Source of the DNA: Antedon mediterranea
Lineage: Eukaryota; Animalia; Echinodermata
Assembly (NCBI RefSeq): GCF_964355755.1
Contig: NC_092670.1
Span: 18,462,795 to 18,526,794 of the forward strand
DNA: 64,000 bases
Reading direction: 5' to 3'
Within the stretch, counting starts at the first letter, position 1; every line of letters begins with the position of its first letter. The notes under the pieces are model-generated. The model had not been told where the DNA came from. It saw only the letters and a list, made by a program, of their open reading frames with translations, and ran no database searches. This document shows, piece by piece, positions 12,717-25,900 of the stretch. A program made the position numbers and the translations under genes.

Positions 12717-15190
12717 ATGTGGAAAATATTGTGTTTGATTGCTTTGATTTCGTTTTCTTCGGGAATCGGTAGGTATGACGTCGTTAAAACCGATGTCTGG
12801 TCCACGTATGGCCTTTCATAAGAAGTCATAGAAAATAGTGTAGTAGAGGCCCTACATGTACTACGTTAGAGTGTACGGTAATTTAGGCATACTGATAGAC
12901 GTCAGCTCCGGGTTATTATATAAAACGTTGATATTGAACCCCACTTGTCGTTACAGTTGAAACACTGACATCATAAACCCTTTAAGTTAGCCTACAATAT
13001 TTGTAAAAGTAAATTTGCTGTTAATTATTAATCATCAGTTGTCATTCTTACAATACAATAGCTGTCAGAACATGTTTGGGGAAGTTGTGCTGTCGAAGAC
13101 ACATTAATGTAGTCCTACTCATGTTCCGTCAGGAGCTGTGTTGTTTCATACGATTTACTTTCAGGGCTTCACAGAACCAGTGACGAAATCATCAATTTTG
13201 TTACTATTTTGTATTTTTTCTAATTTTGTTTCAATAGATGCATTGAGTATTACTTGTCCAACCAACCTTACTTCAAACAACGTCTTCAAAATAGAAGCTG
13301 GGCTCATACACGTTAGAAATGATGTTGGACAAAACTTTGCTACCGTAACCTGGGATGCTCCGACCGTTACCAACTCTAACGGTGAAGTTAATGTGACGTC
13401 ATCGTCTTACAAATCCGGGGATCAATTGTCAATTGGACTGAAAATTATCACATTTACGGCTGTGGACTCTGGTAATACAGCAGCTACGTGCGATATCTCC
13501 ATTAAAGTTTCAGGTAAATTAAAATTACAAAAAAAGTTATTGTGTATTTCATTGTGGGAAAATATGATATTCGTCCACTACCCAAGTGCAAAGGAGGGAT
13601 CACACCAACCTCTCTGAAGGGTCTTTCACACCTATTCCGAGACGGTTCCGGTCCGGCGCCGGAAAATCCAATCAAACGTCAATGTTTCGTTTTCGCGTGG
13701 CTACGCGCATATCGACTGGCGCATAGCCGCGTGAAAACGAAACATTGATGTTCGGTTCGCCGAACCAGAACCGTGCCGGAACAGGTGTGGAAGACCATTA
13801 ATACCGACAATGTACTTAAATGTGTGGGTTTTTTTTTTGCGCGTATAGATGTGGAAGCTCCAAATTGTTCCATTGCTCCAGTATCCGTCTCTGCACCAGA
13901 CGGAGAGATCAACGTCACCATCACTTTCGTCATCACTGTAAGAGATAATGTTTTAGTAAGCAAGATCGAAACGGATCACGATGACGTCTACATTTCTGAT
14001 AGTGGTAAAATGTACACAGTGGATAGTGCATTTGAAGAGATCACCAGCACGGGGACGTTTGCCATGGGAGAAACTTCTGTCCCGTTCACAGTTACTGACA
14101 CTGCTACCCCGATTGGAAATCAAGCATCTTGTGCTTTTAACGTTACTGTTAATGGTAAGTAATTTGTGCATGCCAATCAAGAAAGAATAATATTCGGCAG
14201 ACAGAACACAGTACAGGACTGTATTGAGCTCGAACAATGTGTACTGAAGAACAAAGAGAGCCGCCAATGCTGGCGATGACAGCGATATCTCGTCATGTGG
14301 TAATGATGACAATGGTGATGAATGATATTACTGTGTAACAACACTCGGTACAACATCGATGGAACGATAACTTAACATTAGATTTCGGCAATGCGGTAGA
14401 ATGGTGACAATAATAATATTGATGATGATGGTGGTGATAGTGATGATAATTATGGTGATGATGGCGGTGATGATGATGATGGTGATTATAATAAAAGTTG
14501 GTGATGGTGGTGATGGATGGTGGTGGTGATGATGATGATGATGGTGATGGTGGTGGTGGTGATGATAGTGATGATAATAATGATAATGATAATGATGATA
14601 ATGGTGATGATGATGATGATGGTAATGATGATGATAGTGGTGGTGATCATTGTGGTGATGATAGTGGTGATTCTGATGTTGTTGATGATGATGGTGATGG
14701 TGGTGGTGATGATAGTGATGATAATAATGATAATGATGATGATAATGATGATAATGGTGATGATGGTGGTGATGATGATAGTGATGATAATAATGATAAT
14801 GATGATGATAATGATGATAATGGTGATGATGGTGGTGGTGGTGATAATGGTGATGGTGGTGGTGATGACGATGATGATGGTGATATGACTGATGATTGTT
14901 AACAACAATGGTACATAGGCCTATCATTGTATATTCTTCTGTTAATAACAACAATATTTACAGTACAACAATTAATCATGATGATTTATTAAGAAGATGA
15001 TGCCGCCGATCACCGATATTATTTTATTTATCTAATAAATAATTATATTCTTCTTCCAGAGTTCACACCGACAACTCTTCCTCCAATTCATGACGTAGAA
15101 ACCACAGCCCTCAATCATGGGAACAGAATAGTAGACTCATTACCTGTCGTCACTGTCCTCTTGTGTTTATATTCTTTCGTAACACTATAG
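12717..15190 (+). CDS. secreted/cell-surface protein with two HYR (hyalin repeat) domains and probable GPI signal, 254 aa
   Basis: Exons 12717-12768 (signal peptide MWKILCLIALISFSSGI), 13238-13513 (HYR1: ITCP..GQNFATVTWDAPT..ITFTAVDSGNTAATCDISIKV), 13849-14154 (HYR2: DVEAPNC..TSVPFTVTD..GNQASCAFNVTV), 15060-15190 (T/P linker plus hydrophobic tail VVTVLLCLYSFVTL*). All introns are GT-AG and phase 1; total 765 nt in frame. Confidence 0.85.
13618..13798. mobile_element. MITE family C copy (TIR AGGGTCTTTCACACCT)
   Basis: Terminal and internal inverted repeats (TCAATGTTTCGTTTTC/GAAAACGAAACATTGA). Homologues at 51698-51850 and ~52945-53078. Confidence 0.8.
14401..14897. repeat. compound (GAT/GGT/AAT)n trinucleotide low-complexity tract in intron 3 of the HYR gene
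   Basis: Directly visible; it produces the spurious poly-His, poly-Ile, poly-Asp and poly-Met ORFs. Confidence 0.95.
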
Positions 15191-15913
15191 TTATGTTATA
15201 ATTAAATGCTTAGGATTATATTAAATATTTCCTAAATATTTTTCTTTAAAATTTCGGTAACGAATTCAAATTCTTTCTTTCGTCTATTATGTTATTTTTT
15301 GTTGTTTTATGCATTAATATTTCTGCTAATTTATTTTATCGTTTGATTAATTATCTTTTTTATCGACTGAGATAAAACATGCTTTTAAAAGTGTTTGACG
15401 TGCAATAAAAATAATTAATTTTGACCTGTAGGCGGGTCAGCAGCTAGATAGATGTTGAGAATATGAATAATCGCATCGAATAGTATTTTTTATATAAAAT
15501 GTTAATCTTTATTTAATAAAAACAGTAGCGTAGGCATGAAATGAAATATTGATACCTTGTGTTATAATTAATATACCATCTAGACATTCTTTGTACCTAG
15601 GCCTATAATTGTAAATATTCTTTTTCCTGAAGATGAACAAATAAAGTTCGATAATCACAGTGGATTGCCTCATTTTATTCAGTACAGATATTGTTATAAG
15701 TAGTGGACCCTCTCAGCAGGGAGGTATAAAATAAATAATTATTTTTATATACCCGTCCTGTAGCACCACTATTTAAAAAATCTTGACACTCGTTTTGCTT
15801 CATCGCTGACAAAAATAAGGGGGGTCATCAATTTTGTTGCAAAAGGTATTTATTAAACAGCTCAGCTGAGAAATTTAAACTCGGAGCAAACACCTTTTAT
15901 CATATCTTTAGAA

Positions 15914-15932
15914 CAGAGCCATAATGGCTCTG
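15914..15932. mobile_element. minimal hAT-like palindrome with 8-bp TSD
   Basis: CTTTAGAA|CAGAGCCAT-A-ATGGCTCTG|CTTTGGAA. Confidence 0.5.
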
Positions 15933-16024
15933 CTTTGGAAAATATAAATGTGCCCTCTATTGTCAACAATTAAAAACTGTAGTTAGAGGGCAGCAGACGT
16001 GGATAATTATTAAACCGAATGTTT

Positions 16025-16841
16025 GGATTAGGCCAAGTTGAGCCGCCGACAAGTTGAGCCGCCGCCAGAAAAACGTTATTTTCTATGAAACGCCAAATGC
16101 TTACTTTCGCCGGTGCTCGTTTCTATTTAATAGAAGTTCTATTTATATTAATTATTAGATATAACGATGTATATTCCAAAGTTTATATATCACGGTTTTT
16201 AGTATATATTATTAAATATTATAATTAAAGAGAAATAATTATGAATATCTGACTTGTAGATTCCAAAATATAAGGCCTAAAACATGACCGAAAATGATCG
16301 TTTTTAGCCAAAAATGACGTAAACATGTTGCCCCCTTAGGCGGCAGTTGTATGAACTAGGCCTACTCCATTTTTCGGTAAAATAATTGCATAAAATCACC
16401 GTTTTTTAGTAAAATATTTTGTGTATTAACATTGTAAAATTCAATAAAATATGATATTATTATTAAAAGATAGTAGATAAAAAACAATAATTATTTAACC
16501 TCATTCGAAGAGTATCAATACTCTATTAGTCCTGAGAGACAACGTGATTTTACGCGAGAAAAATATTATGGAGTGCACTGCATTTTTACCTTGAAAGATT
16601 AAAAACAATTAAATTATTAAATATTACTACTTTCCTTTGCTGTGTTGTTATGGCGGTTCAAACCGACAAAATTGTAGTATGTAATTATTATTTATTTTCA
16701 TGACACAATAAACCTAAAGACCATGAACTTATGTACTAGGACACCCCTCTATCACTACGCGAAATGTCGTAAAAGACGCACTGGGCGTTTCATAGAAATT
16801 ACCGGCGGCTCAACTTGTCGGCGGCCCAACCGGTCATATCC
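16025..16841. mobile_element. non-autonomous Mutator/MULE-like element with long imperfect TIRs and 9-bp TSD
   Basis: TSD CGAATGTTT at 16016-24 and 16842-50. Left end GGATTAGGCCAAGTTGAGCCGCCGACAAGTTGAGCCGCCG..TTTCTATGAAACGCC is mirrored at the right end. AT-rich interior with no ORF. Confidence 0.8.
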
Positions 16842-16924
16842 CGAATGTTTTACATTAGTTTAGCGTAAATTGTACGCTTTTCATCTGATCTTTTTGTTCT
16901 TTATCCTTCCTGGATAACGCAAAG

Positions 16925-19900
16925 ATGAATTCTATTCATTTTGTGCTTCATCCATTACCAGGAACGGAGGAACAACTGAATGAAAGGTACTATTTTTCCT
17001 TATTTATTTTCCGTATTCGCAGCCTCTCTTTTTTCTTCGATCGGCTAAATTACCGCACGACGAGTGATGCCAGGCCAGGCGGTTGTAGGGAAGATGACTC
17101 ACTGCCTGCATTACCAATGCTAAGCCTAGCAGATTCGCCATTTTCAATGTTTATCTTTATAGTATATGAGTATCTATCATGGAACCCTTTTTTGTTATTT
17201 TAAGGTATATTGTTATATTCTAAAAATAAACTGGTGTATTATTGATTGACTTTTACACATAAAAACCTCAATCAAAATCAGTTGATTGTTGAGTTTTTTA
17301 TGTTCAAAGAAAATAAAAGACATTTTCAGTTTCACTATCTTTACTGTTAAAAAAACAACTAAATTCCTGCTGATCTTCTTAATTATTAGCAGCATTATAT
17401 GTCAAAATATATATTAATAACTAAGTCTTTAAAATCTAAGGGAGAGAACAAACCCCCTTACGTACAATAAATGTGGCAATAACATTGCAAAAAGAATGAT
17501 TTGCAATTTCATGTGTTATCTTTAGTTATTGAAAGCTGAAGCTTAATAATTTATACTAAACAGGAATACATCATGGGATAACATGTGATATAATATACTA
17601 TTAGGTAACATTAACCACTTGAATAAAACTTAAATTTCACTAATAATAAAGTAATAATAGTCTAAATACTGTGTGATTTATAATCTGTGATCAATTGATA
17701 AAAAAATAATAATTTTTGCAGACAGAATCTGATTAAAAATACAATTTGTTTGCGTACTTATCAACTCAGATCAAAATTTATTTCTTCCATATAAAATACA
17801 AAATATCCTTATGAATTTAAAATAATGAGTATCAAAATCTATAAGGCATAAAGTAAGAAAAACAATGAAAAATTGTAATAACCGCCCGGCTTTGAATAAA
17901 TGCCTCCCTCGAATAAATGCCCTGCTGAGAGGGCTGAGATATAAAATTTAGATAAAAATTAGGTGTACACTACTATTTTATACTCATTGATTATCAATGT
18001 ATAGTTATTATTGTGTTCCAATTTAGTCTAATTATGAGGAGGTGGGATTACACTTGGCCATATTATATATAATATGGTAATATTAATTTTTTATTTATTT
18101 ATAATCATGCAATAACTAAAAATTGCCATTTGAAGAGAACATGTCAATATTATTTTACTGGACGTGGGATTATACTGTACATACAGTACTTGAACATGTG
18201 GTTATACAGTCAGTATACTAATGATATAATGAATATACAGTATTAATGATACAGTATGCGGTAATATTTTTGTTTTTATTATCATGAATAAAACTAAAAA
18301 TTGGCATTTGAAGATAACAAAAAATTTATGGGTGGGATTGTACATACTTGAACATGGGATTATACTTGGTCAATATACTAATGATATGCGGTAATATTTT
18401 TAAAATTTTATAATCAATTATTATTCTAATTATAAATAAAACTAGAAAATTGCCATTTGTTTTAAATGTTGACATTTTAATTTAACACCTGCCTCTCTTA
18501 TGGTATTAGACATGTAAATGTTTTGAGGTGAAAAGTTTACAGTCCTTTGTTCTAACCAACCACAAGGACCTTGAGATTTCATAAGTTCAAATATTTTATG
18601 ATTTTGCCTCTAGATTGATGATAATGAAAAAGTAACGCTAATTAGTATGCACCTGAAAGTCTGCTGTGCTTTAATATAGGAAATATGTCGTATTTAAGGC
18701 ATGTTTAAACAATACAATTAAATAAAAACATTTTTTTTTTCAGATTGCGTGAAGTTGCTGATCGAATTAACAAGGATCCAGGCTGGTGAGTAGTTATATA
18801 GTTAGACACAGATTTATAATTCACCATTATGTATTTACAAGATATGAAATTATGTAATTGTTAATTAATTTAATTCTGATTATTTTATCATATTCAGTTA
18901 TTAAGTTACACTCAGTAACAAAGAGTATACAAAGAACAGAGTCAAATCATTGAATAGAAAAAGTAATTTATAATCATGATGTCTACTATGGTGGCTGGCA
19001 TGTGTTGTAAATACTTGAAAGAAAATTTAATATGAAAAAAATTAGCATTCAGACCTGACCAGAAATGAAGCTGTAATTTTATGATGACCCGATACTGACA
19101 TAGAATGCAAATTTATCTGCATTTGAGAGTGTGCCCAGTGTGTTAAGCAAAGTAGATAATATCGCTCCCAGTTCCATTTAACAACACAAGGTGCAGTTGA
19201 ACCCTATTAAAGGGACACATTCAATATCGCTCCCAGTTTCATTTAACAACACAAGGTGCAGTTGAACTATTAAAGGGACACATTCAATATCGCTCCCAGT
19301 TTCATTTAACAACACAAGGTGCAGTTGAACCCCTATTAAAGGGACACATTCAATATCGCTCCCAGTTTCATTTAACAACACAAGGTGCAGTTGAACCCCT
19401 ATTAAAGGGCCACATTCAGGACATAAGAAGTGTGCCCAAATAATAGAGGTGCGGTGTTCCCTGTTACTGCATAATACAGAATCACATGTGGTGGTGCATG
19501 TAATGTGTTAAGGTTAGGCTTTATGGTTTATTACTGATACATGTGTCACTTATGTGACACTGTATTATAGAATTTGCCTAACTGTATGATACTGTACAAA
19601 TTATAGATAGTACACACAGATAACAATGCAGCAGAGAGCTGCACGACTGACAATTTAGATAAATTAACACATCCCATATTTAATCATGTCATATTTGTTA
19701 ATTATAATTATTATTCTTTTCATAAATTATTACCAATAGTAATAATTTTGATAATCAGATTTTTGGAGACTAGCAACGTAATCTGAGCTTTTAAAGTCTA
19801 GGCCTAACGGCATGTGTCAAGTTAATGTACAGTAAAATTAATATTGACTTTTCAGCCAAACTAGCATTCCTGCTCTAAGAAATCTTCAAGTAAAGTCCAT

Positions 19901-22900
19901 AGTTTTAGGTCCGAACCATGCTGCATTTCTACTCGAGGTAGGTCACAGTTCTTAATCCAGGATGATCATGTCTTGACCCTTAAAGCTCTGTCTACACTAT
20001 CAAGCTTTATGTGACAAAAACATATGATGTGCCTATATATGGACATGATGATGTCATATCACTACCATATTTGGGCATATCACTACCATATTTGAGCACA
20101 TTACACTTTTTTTTGGTATAAATAGTTTGATAGTGTAGATTAGGCTGGGCTAAAATACAAAATATCTGGAATATCTTTAGCTTTCAGCTCTTTTAAAATA
20201 ATTTGATTACTTGAATGTATGATTTGTGTGAGCAGGCTTGAGTCAATTGGATTTCCTTGCAACTGTTGTGTGTTTTATCATTTCATTCATCAAATGTTTT
20301 CTTGTATCCTCAGGACGGGCGCATCTGTCGTCTGGCTTTCTCTGTCAACATAGACAAGGTAGAAAGTGGAAAGATAGACATCAGCAAAAAGTAAGTCGAT
20401 ATTATTATCAGCGATATTTAAAATTGTTATAAATATTTGTGTTTGGTTTCAAGTCAAGGGTCAAAATGTTATTTAAAGTGAATGCTTAAAGATACATATA
20501 CTGTACATAATTGTCCCCCTGAACATAAACAAAATTTGTATTGACTATGTTATTTTAATGTCACATAATATTTATTTACACTTTGACCAAAAACATAATC
20601 TAAAAAAAATTATTTACCTAGAAAAATGTGATTTAAAGCAAACAAATTTAAAGTTAGAGTTTTTGGTTAAAATTGACCATTTGTTTTGCCTTTTTATAAG
20701 TGAAATTATATTTTTTCCTACAAAGGTGAATAACTTATTGGTGTTAAGCACTATTTTGACCAGACTGATAAGTTTGTAATACAGTAAACATTAAATAAAT
20801 GTTTAAATGTTTTTATAAATATATTCTTTCTTTCTTTTCATTTGACAGTACAAAGACTAAGTCAGGCTCAAGCACATCATCTGCCAGGCCTAAACCAGGC
20901 CAGAATCCATGGCTCATAGCTGGCCCTGAAACCACTTCCAGTGCACAGATAGGGTAAATATTTTGAACAAGGCAGAAGTAATTAGGGACCATTATAGAAG
21001 TTAGGTTAGGTTAGAGTTTAATTAATTTTTATAGTTATCGCACTCTTCTTGGAGAGAAATAGGCCAATGTTGATTTATCCATATATGCTAGGTATGAAAT
21101 AAACTACTATTTATGATGTTCTCTCTAAACATACATTTGTTATTTTAGTATAATTTTTTCCTGTCTTTTTGACAATGCTTATTAAAGGGAAATATTGAAA
21201 TCAAATTGAAAAAAAAACCCATTGTTGGAAAAATATTTTTTTTAAACTTTTATTTTAACATTGTTTAACAACAGACTTTGGCTGATTTTACTTCCTATTT
21301 GAATTAACTTTGAAGAATCCAAAATGTCAGTATGATTAGTATGCATGTATTACTCCTATGTTGTCATTCTCTTAAGCCTCGATCGCATTAGACTCAAATT
21401 AACCCAGTCGCCGGCTAAATTGACCAAGGAACATCCAATCTGAACACTGGCTACAATTCCCACAGTCCAATCCAAACTTCAGTCAATTGTTGTTTTAACA
21501 TCATGGTTAAATTTTGGAAAAGCTACGGTAAAACTAACAAACATGAAAATATCCAAGTGCAAACCATGGTCAAGTCTTCAAATGACGTTGGTTAAATTTA
21601 CCATTTTTCAAATCCAGTGTGAACAAGGCTTTACTTGCATTAAACACCAGCTTCTATTTTTAGAGAAATGTTTGAATAGATTTTGATTTTCTTTTAGAAA
21701 ACGTCAATCAAATAGCAAGTCTTGTGGCCCACAAGTCAGTCATGTAAGAAATCGTGCAAGAGTATGTCGTGCCCAGTCACGTGGACGCGGTGGCGTGATT
21801 GTTGGAGCGCGACCAATGGTTCCAGCCTCTGTTGTCCCTGAAGAGCTTGTAGCGCAGGCTCAGGTGGTGTTACAAGGCAAAAATAGATCAGTGATAATAA
21901 GGGAGCTGCAAAGAACTGTAAGATACAGGCAATGTGTGGTTATATAATTAGTGCAGTATTTAACATTATAACTTAAAGTTTAGCTTTTGATAGAACACCT
22001 AGCAAGGAGACACAGTTTTGACACATTTGTTTATTGCTACGGTATATTTTCCTTTTTCAATATTTTTTTACTTAAGTGAAAGAAATACTTACTTAAGTGA
22101 TTGGTGAATATAGCCACTGTATCTCTATGGAATTCTCTCCCTTGTCATTTTACTAAATCAACTTCTATTGCTATTTTAAAAAAAGAACTTAAAACGCATC
22201 TTTTTAACATCCAATATAAGCGCCTTTGATTTTTACTTCGGTTTATTTGATTCTGGCGCTAAACAAATACCTAAATTATTATTATTATTCTGAATGCTCT
22301 GGTATTTTATAGAATTTATCTGATTTGTATTTAGAATCTAGACGTAAACTTAGCAGTGAACAACCTGTTAAGCCGTGACGATGATGATGGTGATGATCAA
22401 GACGAGGGCGATTATATGTCTGGTGAGTAAACAATTATTAATTTTAAGATAGCAACATTTTAAGAACTTAGATTATTGAAATAAATGTATTATAAATATA
22501 AAATAATTTGTATTTTTTAAATATTCTTAGATGATTTAATGTCTTTGCTTGATAACGGAATGCACAATGATCATCCAAGCGTCATCATTGATGCTGACGC
22601 AATGTTTTCAGAAGATTTCCTTGGATTTGGATCACGTGCTAGAGCAAGAGGTATAATTTTCATTTAATTTATTGTACCAAGATCCAAAAGTTGGTCACCT
22701 AAAATCATAGGAGTCTAAAGTTCTGTCTACACTTTCAAACTAGTTTGACAAAAAAAGTGTGATGTACACAAATATGGTAGTGATATGACATCATCATGTC
22801 CATATATTAGCACATCACATTTTTTTGTCACATAAGTGTAGACAGAGCTTTAATTAATCGTCAAAACAATTTATTTAAAATTTATTTAAAATAACTATTT

Positions 22901-25900
22901 TGTCAGGAGGTGAGCGTGATAACAGTGATCGTGAGTCCGTTTTCCGTATACGAGAACGTCGCTGGCCCGACCCAAGCCTCGGACCTAGCTCTAGTAGTAA
23001 CGTAGCCAAGACGAATGTCAGTGGTGATATACCTGGAAGTGAACAGAAGAGGCCAAATAACTCTGCTAATGCTAACCCACTAGTACTAGGAGATGTCTTG
23101 GAATGGTGGCCAGATAAAGTAAGTATATTCATATTTATGATGATTACGAAAAGATGATTAAGCAAAGGATTGAATAAAACAAGGTAGTGGCGCTGCGGCT
23201 TGGTGATTGAAATGTTTGCTTAGCAATCTCATAGTCATTGGTTCAAATCCTGTTATAGTTAAAATAGGATGATGTTTGATACTGTATTAACTTTTGTGTT
23301 GTTTTTCGATTTGTAGGGTGAAAGTGGCAGTAGATTTAGTCATATTGGTGCAATGTATAGTGAATTAGTTGCCGTAGGCCAATCAGGACAGCTCTACCAA
23401 TGGAAGTGGTCCGATCCTGAACCATACAAGAATTCTGAGGTAATGACAAAACGAGAATTTTCCTCCACCCCCACCTCTTAGATTGTCAATAAGTTCTAGT
23501 AGTAATGTGCTGGGTAAAGCCATTTATTTATGTATTTTGTCAATGCTGTACCTTTCCCATTTACTCATGTGTGATCCTGCCGCTGATGATGCCATCACAT
23601 TAAATAAATATTCTTTGTGTAGAGACCATGCATATTTCATTTTCACCTATCGGCTTTTATACCTCCTTGGCATACCATACTGTTTTATGTTGTACTCTAT
23701 GCCCATCATGATTGCTATTTACATATAGTATATATATCCTAACACTATTCGTAATTCGTTTTTGTAGAGTGCCAGTTGTATTCCATTTTCACCTATTAGT
23801 CTTTTCATGCCCCTTTGGCATAACATACTTGTGAATTGTTTTATGTTATATGGATCTGAGCCCATCATGATAACTATTTATGTATAGAAACTCAACACAG
23901 TGATTTGTTTTTGTAGAGTCCAGGTGTATTTCATCCAAGAGCTAGTGTTCTTGGTTTAACAACTGAGAAAGTTACACAGATATCTTGCTGTAATGAAAAA
24001 GGAGTGGTTGTCACTGAATCTGGAAAGGTAATATATATAATTAATTAGTAAAGCGAACATCAATTAGAACATAATTAATTAATACTAATTGCAAACCACT
24101 ATCTCTATTTTGAGGATAGGGTCACCCTTATTCAGAGAAAACTTTACTGTGAAAATAATGAGTGGTCATATGTATGTTAACACCATTGCAAACCCCTATC
24201 TCTATGTTGGGGTGCCCTTATTGATTATGGGGTAACTCCTATTCAGGGACACTTTATAGGAATTTTACTCTATGGTTTCATAATATATGACTAATATATA
24301 TCAACTGCTTTATACCTTGTAGGTTGCAACGTGGGTAGATGACACGCTGTCAGTGATTGCATCCAGACTAGAACACCCATTACAAAATTTCCCAGAATTC
24401 TCAGGAGACAAGATCCGCAGCATTCACACATGTTGTCTGTTTACCTGTGCGTGGTTGGAGTCTGGCAGTGTATATTGGTGGTAAGTATTGCTTAAAATAC
24501 TTACTTAAGCTTGGTTCCCACTAGGACGCAACGCCAGAACATAAGCACAGTACAAGTGATTTTACCAATCTTGACACGATGGATGTTGAGGTTTAGAAAC
24601 AATCATTTGTAAAACCTGATACAATTATCATAATGTTGCCACAATATCACCACATACATTCTAACATGTAAAATGATGTATTTTTATGTTAGCACATGGA
24701 TAACCAACTACATTTTTATTTTGGTTGTCTTGAGACACATGTGGCCAAGGATTACAAATAGTAAATTAATCCCTGTCCTATCAGATAGGTGGTAATCCCC
24801 CTGATACAAGAGCTATTTTGTGAACCAGTTTACCGGGGTACCTCCCTACTCGTCTCAGGTTATAACTGTGTATGGTTTGGCTTGTTCCAGCACCAGAACT
24901 AGGAGGGAGTCAGCTCGAATTATGCTGATATCGTTGGCTCTTTAACTACTGTAAACGACGCCCCTGCCTTAACCGCTCGGCTCACATATTTCTTCATTTT
25001 AACCATTTACAAATGAATGAATTATTTTCCAGTATACCACTGGGTGATTTAGAGTTCCTCTATGCCATATTAGTATGGTACTCACATTTCTTGGTTATTA
25101 TTTTTACAGGGGTGTGTTGCCATTTAATATGCGAAAGAAAGTTTTAGAAAAAGCGAGAGAAAGAGCAAGAATGAAGAAGAACCGTAACACTGTCAGCACG
25201 TCTAATATCACGACAGGAACACAGGTAAACATCTTTAAATCTTAAAAACATAATTGATCAAATATGACAATGAAGATGTTGATAGTCATAATATAATTGT
25301 ACCAATTTTCAGATTTAAGTTATTAATATTATACTTAACGTCTATCCAGCACTACTACGTATTAATAATCATTATCTTTTGACTGGATTGCATTTTCAGT
25401 AACGTAGTACTGCTTTTCAAAATGGTCCAGTTACAAGGTTTAAAAAGTAAATTAATCAAAGAAAAGTAAAAGATTTTATAAATATATACAAAATTTAGAA
25501 TTTTCTAAAGTTAAACATTAAATTACTTTTTCTGTATTCCATATTAACTTAAAAGTTAAAACCAAACATAAGCATAGCTTTTTGACTGAGTTGAATAAAT
25601 TCGTCTGGGTGACATATTACAACCATATTTAATATAAATTTAAAAAAAACATAATGTGTATTCTACATTCATATTTCTTAGCGTTAACTGCAACATTGGA
25701 TCAATTGATTGAACAATTTGTATAAATTTGTTTTCTTTTGATAGGTTTGCCTTCGTAGTTGTCCTTTGTTCCATGCTGGTGCTCTTGCCTTCAACACATC
25801 TGGTGCAAAGCCAAAAGTTGGCCAACTAATGGATAACGCATGGAGCCTGACGGACACGTGCCGATTCCGCATCCGGAAGACAACGTCAGAGATACGGGAG

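Noticed and set aside
14328-14954. 208-aa poly-His ORF and overlapping poly-Ile and poly-Met/Val ORFs
   Set aside because: Alternative readings of a trinucleotide microsatellite inside an intron; no splice or domain support.
18040-18460. Degenerate direct repeats (also 2290-2500, 33850-33920, 49455-49695)
   Set aside because: Ordinary decayed local duplications with no further structure visible.
19158-19418. CRISPR-like appearance of the tandem arrays (also 40677-41180 and 42834-42990)
   Set aside because: No unique spacers, no cas genes, eukaryotic intron or UTR context.
23183-23260. Possible tRNA gene (GGTTCAAATCC B box); likewise 29548, 47570-47643 and 59283-59348
   Set aside because: No complete cloverleaf; these are decayed SINE or tRNA-like heads.
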